From the NCBI GenBank assembly GCA_964057225.1, contig CAXKVF010000077.1, positions 496,001 through 560,000 of the forward strand: 64,000 nt of DNA, written 5' to 3'. Positions 55,967 to 64,000 of this stretch are shown piece by piece. Numbering within the stretch: position 1 is the stretch's first letter; each line of letters begins with the position of its first letter. A model generated the notes under the pieces. That model ran no database searches, was not told the DNA's origin, and saw only the letters and a program-made list of their open reading frames with translations. Source of the stretch: Auanema rhodensis. Lineage: Eukaryota; Animalia; Nematoda. A program made the translations under genes and the position numbers.

Positions 55967-58900
55967 AATCTAATTTTGAAAACCGCATCTCTTTATCTTT
56001 CACGTGAAGCGAGTTACATACCAAGTGCACATCACGTGTACATTTAATTAGCATAAATTAAAGTTCACGTAAATTTCAAAGTCATGGTTACCATGAACCA
56101 ATATCAATAAAAATTTGTTTTTAGACTAATATGGACATGGGGAATCTAATTTTGAAAACCGCATCTCTTTATCTTTTACGTGAAGCGAGTTACATACCAA
56201 GTGCACATCACGTGTACATTTAATTAGCATAAATTAAAGTTCACGTAAATTTCAAAGTCATGGTTACCATGAAGCAATATCAATAAAAATTTGTTTTTAG
56301 ACTAATATGGACATGGGGAATCTAATTTTGAAAACCGCATCTCTTTATCTTTCACGTGAAGCGAGTTACATACCAAGTGCACATCACGTGTACATTTAAT
56401 TAGCATAAATTAAAGTTCACGTAAATTTCAAAGTCATGGTTACCATGAACCAATATCAATAAAAATTTGTTTTTAGACTAATATGGACATGGGGAATCTA
56501 ATTTTGAAAACCGCATCTCTTTATCTTTCACGTGAAGCGAGTTACATACCAAGTGCACATCACGTGTACATTTAATTAGCATAAATTAAAGTTCACGTAA
56601 ATTTCAAAGTCATGGTTACCATGAACCAATATCAATAAAAATTTGTTTTTAGACTAATATGGACATGGGGAATCTAATTTTGAAAACCGCATCTCTTCAT
56701 CTTTCACGTGAAGCGAGTTACATACCAAGTGCACATCACGTGTACATTTAATTAGCATAAATTAAAGTTCACCTAAATTTCAAAGTCATGGTTACCATGC
56801 ACAAATATCAATAAAAATTTGTTTTTAGACTAATATGGACATGGGGAATCTAATTTTGAAAACCGCATCTCTTTATCTTTCACGTGGAGCGAGTTACATA
56901 CCAAGTGCACATCACGTGTACATTTAATTAGCATAAATTAAAGTTCACGTAAATTTCAAAGTCATGGTTACCATGAAGCAATATAAATAAAAATTTGTTT
57001 TTAGACTAATATGGACATGGGGAATCTAATTTTGAAAACCGCATCTCTTTATCTTTTACGTGAAGCGAGTTACATACCAAGTGCACATCACGTGTACATT
57101 TAATTAGCATAAATTAAAGTTCACGTAAATTTCAAAGTCATGGTTACCATGAAGCAATATCAATAAAAATTTGTTTTTAGACTAATATGGACATGGGGAA
57201 TCTAATTTTGAAAACCGCATCTCTTTATCTTTCACGTGAAGCGAGTTACATACCAAGTGCACATCACGTGTACATTTAATTAGCATAAATTAAAGTTCAC
57301 GTAAATTTCAAAGTCATGGTTACCATGAACCAATATCAATAAAAATTTGTTTTTAGACTAATATGGACATGGGGAATCTAATTTTGAAAACCGCATCTCT
57401 TTATCTTTCACGTGAAGCGAGTTACATACCAAGTGCACATCACGTGTACATTTAATTAGCATAAATTAAAGTTCACGTAAATTTCAAAGTCATGGTTACC
57501 ATGCACAAATATCAATAAAAATTTGTTTTTAGACTAATATGGACATGGGGAATCTAATTTTGAAAACCGCATCTCTTTATCTTTCACGTGAAGCGAGTTA
57601 CATACCAAGTGCACATCACGTGTACATTTAATTAGCATAAATTAAAGTTCACGTAAATTTCAAAGTCATGGTTACCACGCACCAATATCAATAAAAATTT
57701 GTTTTTAGACTAATATGGACATGGGGAATCTAATTTTGAAAACCGCATCTCTTTATCTTTCACGTGGAGCGAGTTACATACCAAGTGCACATCACGTGTA
57801 CATTTAATTAGCATAAATTAAAGTTCACGTAAATTTCAAAGTCATGGTTACCATGAAGCAATATCAATAAAAATTTGTTTTTAGACTAATATGGACATGG
57901 GGAATCTAATTTTGAAAACCGCATCTCTTTATCTTTTACGTGAAGCGAGTTACATACCAAGTGCACATCACGTGTACATTTAATTAGCATAAATTAAAGT
58001 TCACGTAAATTTCAAAGTCATGGTTACCATGAAGCAATATCAATAAAAATTTGTTTTTAGACTAATATGGACATGGGGAATCTAATTTTGAAAACCGCAT
58101 CTCTTTATCTTTCACGTGAAGCGAGTTACATACCAAGTGCACATCACGTGTACATTTAATTAGCATAAATTAAAGTTCACGTAAATTTCAAAGTCATGGT
58201 TACCATGAACCAATATCAATAAAAATTTGTTTTTAGACTAATATGGACATGGGGAATCTAATTTTGGAAACCGCATTTCTTTATCTTTCACGTGAAGCGA
58301 GTTACATACCAAGAGCACATCACGTGTACATTTAATTAGCATAAATTAAAGTTCACGTAAATTTCAAAGTCATGGTTACCATGAAGCAATATCAATAAAA
58401 ATTTGTTTTTAGACTAATATGGACATGGGGAATCTAATTTTGAAAACCGCATCTCTTTATCTTTCACGTGAAGCGAGTTACATACCAAGTGCACATCACG
58501 TGTACATTTAATTAGCATAAATTAAAGTTCACGTAAATTTCAAAGTCATGGTTACCATGAAGCAATATCAATAAAAATTTGTTTTTAGACTAATATGGAC
58601 ATGGGGAATCTAATTTTGAAAACCGCATCTCTTTATCTTTCACGTGAAGCGAGTTACATACCAAGTGCACATCACGTGTACATTTAATTAGCATTAATTA
58701 AAGTTCACGTAAATTTCAAAGTCATGGTTACCATTCACCAATATCAATAAAAATTTGTTTTTAGACTAATATGGACATGGGGAATCTAATTTTGAAAACC
58801 GCATCTCTTTATCTTTCACGTGAAGCGAGTTACATACCAAGTGCACATCACGTGTACATTTAATTAGCATAAATTAAAGTTCACGTAAATTTCAAAGTCA

Positions 58901-59579
58901 TGGTTACCATGAACCAATATCAATAAAAATTTGTTTTTAGACTAAGATGGACATGGGGAATCTAATTTTGAAAACCGCATCTCTTTATCTTTCACGTGAA
59001 GCGAGTTACATACCAAGTGCACATCACGTGTACATTTAATTAGCATAAATTAAAGTTCACGTAAATTTCAAAGTCATGGTTACCATGTACCAATATCAAT
59101 AAAAATTTGTTTTTAGACTAATATGGACATGGAGAATCTAATTTTGAAAACCGCATCTCTTTATCTTTCACGTGAAGCGAGTTACATACCAAGTGCACAT
59201 CACGTGTACATTTAATTAGCATAAATTAAAGTTCACGTAAATTTCAAAGTCATGGTTACCATGAACCAATATCAATAAAAATTTGTTTTTAGACTAATAT
59301 GGACATGGGGAATCTAATTTTGAAAACCGCATCTCTTTATCTTTCACGTGAAGCGAGTTACATACCAAGTGCACATCACGTGTACATTTAATTAGCATAA
59401 ATTAAAGTTCACGTAAATTTCAAAGTCATGGTTACCATGTACCAATATCAATAAAAATTTGTTTTTAGACTAATATGGACATGGGGAATCTAATTTTGAA
59501 AACCGCATCTCTTTATCTTTCACGTGAAGCGAGTTACATACCAAGTGCACATCACGTGTACATTTAATTAGCATAAATT

Positions 59580-59581
59580 AA
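59580..59581. other. 1-bp deletion (AAA to AA), giving a 175-bp monomer
   Basis: ataaattaagttc replaces ataaattaaagttc and the register shifts by 1 again. Confidence 0.9.
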
Positions 59582-62500
59582 GTTCACGTAAATTTCAAAG
59601 TCATGGTTACCATGAACCAATATCAATAAAAATTTGTTTTTAGACTAATATGGACATGAGGAATCTAATTTTGAAAACCGCATCTCTTCATCTTTCACGT
59701 GAAGCGAGTTACATACTAAGTGCACATCACGTGTACATTTAATTAGCATAAATTAAAGTTCACGTAAATTTCAAAGTCATGGTTACCATGAACCAATATC
59801 AATAAAAATTTGTTTTTAGACTAATATGGACATGAGGAATCTAATTTTGAAAACCGCATCTCTTCATCTTTCACGTGAAGCGAGTTACATACCAAGTGCA
59901 CATCACGTGTACATTTAATTAGCATAAATTAAAGTTCACGTAAATTTCAAAGTCATGGTTACCATGAACCAATATCAATAAAAATTTGTTTTTAGACTAA
60001 TATGGACATGGGGAATCTAATTTTGAAAACCGCATCTCTTTATCTTTCACGTGAAGCGAGTTACATACCAAGTGCACATCACGTGTACATTTAATTAGCA
60101 TAAATTAAAGTTCACGTAAATTTCAAAGTCATGGTTACCATGCACCAATATCAATAAAAATTTGTTTTTAGACTAATATGGACATGGGGAATCTAATTTT
60201 GAAAACCGCATCTCTTTATCTTTCACGTGAAGCGAGTTACATACCAAGTGCACATCACGTGTACATTTAATTAGCATAAATTAAAGTTCACGTAAATTTC
60301 AAAGTCATGGTTACCATGCACCAATATCAATAAAAATTTGTTTTTAGACTAATATGGACATGGGGAATCTAATTTTGAAAACCGCATCTCTTTATCTTTC
60401 ACGTGAAGCGAGTTACATACCAAGTGCACATCACGTGTACAATTAATTAGCATAAATTAAAGTTCACGTAAATTTCAAAGTCATGGTTACCATGAAGCAA
60501 TATCAATAAAAATTTGTTTTTAGACTAATATGGACATGGGGAATCTAATTTTGAAAACCGCATCTCTTTATCTTTCACGTGAAGCGAGTTACATACCAAG
60601 TGCACATCACGTGTACATTTAATTAGCATAAATTAAAGTTCACGTAAATTTCAAAGTCATGGTTACCATGAACCAATATCAATAAAAATTTGTTTTTAGA
60701 CTAATATGGACATGAGGAATCTAATTTTGAAAACCGCATCTCTTCATCTTTTACGTGAAGCGAGTTACATACTAAGTGCACATCACGTGTACATTTAATT
60801 AGCATAAATTAAAGTTCACGTAAATTTCAAAGTCATGGTTACCATTCACCAATATCAATAAAAATTTGTTTTTAGACTAATATGGACATGAGGAATCTAA
60901 TTTTGAAAACCGCATCTCTTCATCTTTCACGTGAAGCGAGTTACATACCAAGTGCACATCACGTGTACATTTAATTAGCATAAATTAAAGTTCACGTAAA
61001 TTTCAAAGTCATGGTTACCATGAACCAATATCAATAAAAATTTGTTTTTAGACTAATATGGACATGAGGAATCTAATTTTGAAAACCGCATCTCTTCATC
61101 TTTCACGTGAAGCGAGTTACATACCAAGTGCACATCACGTGTACATTTAATTAGCATAAATTAAAGTTCACGTAAATTTCAAAGTCATGGTTACCATGAA
61201 CCAATATCAATAAAAATTTGTTTTTAGACTAATATGGACATGGGGAATCTAATTTTGAAAACCGCATCTCTTTATCTTTCACGTGAAGCGAGTTACATAC
61301 CAAGTGCACATCACGTGTACATTTAATTAGCATAAATTAAAGTTCACGTAAATTTCAAAGTCATGGTTACCATGCACCAATATCAATAAAAATTTGTTTT
61401 TAGACTAATATGGACATGGGGAATCTAATTTTGAAAACCGCATCTCTTTATCTTTCACGTGAAGCGAGTTACATACCAAGTGCACATCACGTGTACATTT
61501 AATTAGCATAAATTAAAGTTCACGTAAATTTCAAAGTCATGGTTACCATGAAGCAATATCAATAAAAATTTGTTTTTTGACTAATATGGACATGGGGAAT
61601 CTAATTTTGAAAACCGCATCTCTTTATCTTTCACGTGAAGCGAGTTACATACCAAGTGCACATCACGTGTACAATTAATTAGCATAAATTAAAGTTCACG
61701 TAAATTTCAAAGTCATGGTTACCATGAAGCAATATCAATAAAAATTTGTTTTTAGACTAATATGGACATGGGGAATCTAATTTTGAAAACCGCATCTCTT
61801 TATCTTTCACGTGAAGCGAGTTACATACCAAGTGCACATCACGTGTACATTTAATTAGCATAAATTAAAGTTCACGTAAATTTCAAAGTCATGGTTACCA
61901 TGAAGCAATATCAATAAAAATTTGTTTTTAGACTAATATGGACATGGGGAATCTAATTTTGAAAACCACATCTCTTTATCTCTCACGTGAAGCGAGTTAC
62001 ATACCAAGTGCACATCACGTGTACATTTAATTAGCATAAATTAAAGTTCACGTAAATTTCAAAGTCATGGTTACCATGCACCAATATCAATAAAAATTTG
62101 TTTTTAGACTAATATGGACATGGGGAATCTAATTTTGAAAACCGCATCTCTTTATCTTTCACGTGAAGCGAGTTACATACCAAGTGCACATCACGTGTAC
62201 ATTTAATTAGCATAAATTAAAGTTCACGTAAATTTCAAAGTCATGGTTACCATGAACCAATATCAATAAAAATTTGTTTTTAGACTAATATGGACATGGG
62301 GAATCTAATTTTGAAAACCGCATCTCTTCATCTTTCACGTGAAGCGAGTTACATACCAAGTGCACATCACGTGTACATTTAATTAGCATAAATTAAAGTT
62401 CACGTAAATTTCAAAGTCATGGTTACCATGCACCAATATCAATAAAAATTTGTTTTTAGACTAATATGGACATGGGGAATCTAATTTTGAAAACCGCATC

Positions 62501-64000
62501 TCTTTTTCTTTCACGTGAAGCGAGTTACATACCAAGTGCACATCACGTGTACATTTAATTAGCATAAATTAAAGTTCACGTAAATTTCAAAGTCATGGTT
62601 ACCATGCACCAATATCAATAAAAATTTGTTTTTAGACTAACATGGACATGGGGAATCTAATTTTGAAAATCGCATCTCTTTATCTTTCACGTGAAGCGAG
62701 TTACATACCAAGTGCACATCACGTGTACAATTAATTAGCATAAATTAAAGTTCACGTAAATTTCAAAGTCATGGTTACCATGAAGCAATATCAATAAAAA
62801 TTTGTTTTTAGACTAATATGGACATGGGGAATCTAATTTTGAAAACCACATCTCTTTATCTCTCACGTGAAGCGAGTTACATACCAAGTGCACATCACGT
62901 GTACATTTAATTAGCATAAATTAAAGTTCACGTAAATTTCAAAGTCATGGTTACCATGAACCAATATCAATAAAAATTTGTTTTTAGACTAATATGGACA
63001 TGGGGAATCTAATTTTGAAAACCGCATCTCTTTATCTTTCACGTGAAGCGAGTTACATACCAAGTGCACATCACGTGTACATTTAATCAGCATAAATTAA
63101 AGTTCACGTAAATTTCAAAGTCATGGTTACCATGAACTAATATCAATAAAAATTTGTTTTTAGACTAATATGGACATGGGGAATCTAATTTTGAAAACCG
63201 CATCTCTTTATCTTTCACGTGAAGCGAGTTACATACCAAGTGCACATCACGTGTACATTTAATTAGCATAAATTAAAGTTCACGTAAATTTCAAAGTCAT
63301 GGTTACCATGCACCAATATCAATAAAAATTTGTTTTTAGACTAATATGAACATGGGGAATCTAATTTTGAAAACCGCATCTCTTTATCTTTCACGTGAAG
63401 CGAGTTACATACCAAGTGCACATCACGTGTACATTTAATTAGCATAAATTGAAGTTCACGTAAATTTCAAAGTCATGGTTACCATGAACCAATATCAATA
63501 AAAATTTGTTTTTAGACTAATATGGACATGGGGAATCTAATTTTGAAAACCGCATCTCTTTATCTTTCACGTGAAGCGAGTTACATACCAAGTGCACATC
63601 ACGTGTACATTTAATTAGCATAAATTAAAGTTCACGTAAATTTCAAAGTCATGGTTACCATGCACCAATATCAATAAAAATTTGTTTTTAGACTAATATG
63701 GACATGGGGAATCTAATTTTGAAAATCGCATCTCTTTATCTTTCACGTGAAGCGAGTTACATACCAAGTGCACATCACGTGTACAATTAATTAGCATAAA
63801 TTAAAGTTCACGTAAATTTCAAAGTCATGGTTACCATGAAGCAATATCAATAAAAATTTGTTTTTAGACTAATATGGACATGGGGAATCTAATTTTGAAA
63901 ACCACATCTCTTTATCTCTCACGTGAAGCGAGTTACATACCAAGTGCACATCACGTGTACATTTAATTAGCATAAATTAAAGTTCACGTAAATTTCAAAG

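Larger units (their letters stand above)
1..64000. repeat. Tandem satellite DNA array, 176-bp monomer, ~363.6 copies, putatively centromeric or pericentromeric
   Basis: ATCTAATTTTGAAAACC recurs at 1, 177, 353, 529 and so on with period 176. The register shifts by 1 only at ~55965 and ~59580. The last monomer starts at 63887 (=1+363x176-2). All copies are in the same orientation. The centromeric role is inferred only from nucleosome-scale length and homogeneity. Confidence 0.99.

Noticed and set aside
1-64000. CRISPR array or variable-cassette system
   Set aside because: There are no unique spacers. The entire unit repeats with only point variants, and no cas or recombinase gene is present.
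1-64000. Pure assembly collapse or synthetic concatemer
   Set aside because: Position-specific, hierarchically nested variants are what a genuinely evolved and resolved array shows. Individual duplications still need read validation.

Overview
The whole 64-kb window is one uninterrupted, head-to-tail, single-orientation array of a 176-bp AT-rich (~32% GC) satellite monomer: 363 complete copies plus a 114-bp partial copy. Consensus from position 1: ATCTAATTTTGAAAACCGCATCTCTTTATCTTTCACGTGAAGCGAGTTACATACCAAGTGCACATCACGTGTACATTTAATTAGCATAAATTAAAGTTCACGTAAATTTCAAAGTCATGGTTACCATG(A/C)ACCAATATCAATAAAAATTTGTTTTTAGACTAATATGGACATGGGGA. Copies differ from consensus by about 0-5 substitutions, and I saw only two 1-bp deletions. 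I found no genes, RNA genes, transposons, CRISPR array or inversions. The two 60-aa ORFs arise from single-base loss of a stop codon in the satellite. Monomer length and homogeneity suggest a young eukaryotic centromeric or pericentromeric satellite, but I cannot identify the family or organism. I found no gene-based novel system. The interesting content is (1) the monomer's dyad symmetries and three ~33-bp-spaced TCACGT/E-box motifs, and (2) the history readable from shared variants. That history includes emergent higher-order repeats of 4-33 monomers, chimeric crossover monomers, an ectopic block, a nested sub-family domain and a palindrome-perfecting double substitution. Variants are named by monomer position (position 1 = window position 1, period 176) and were read by eye, so they need computational confirmation.
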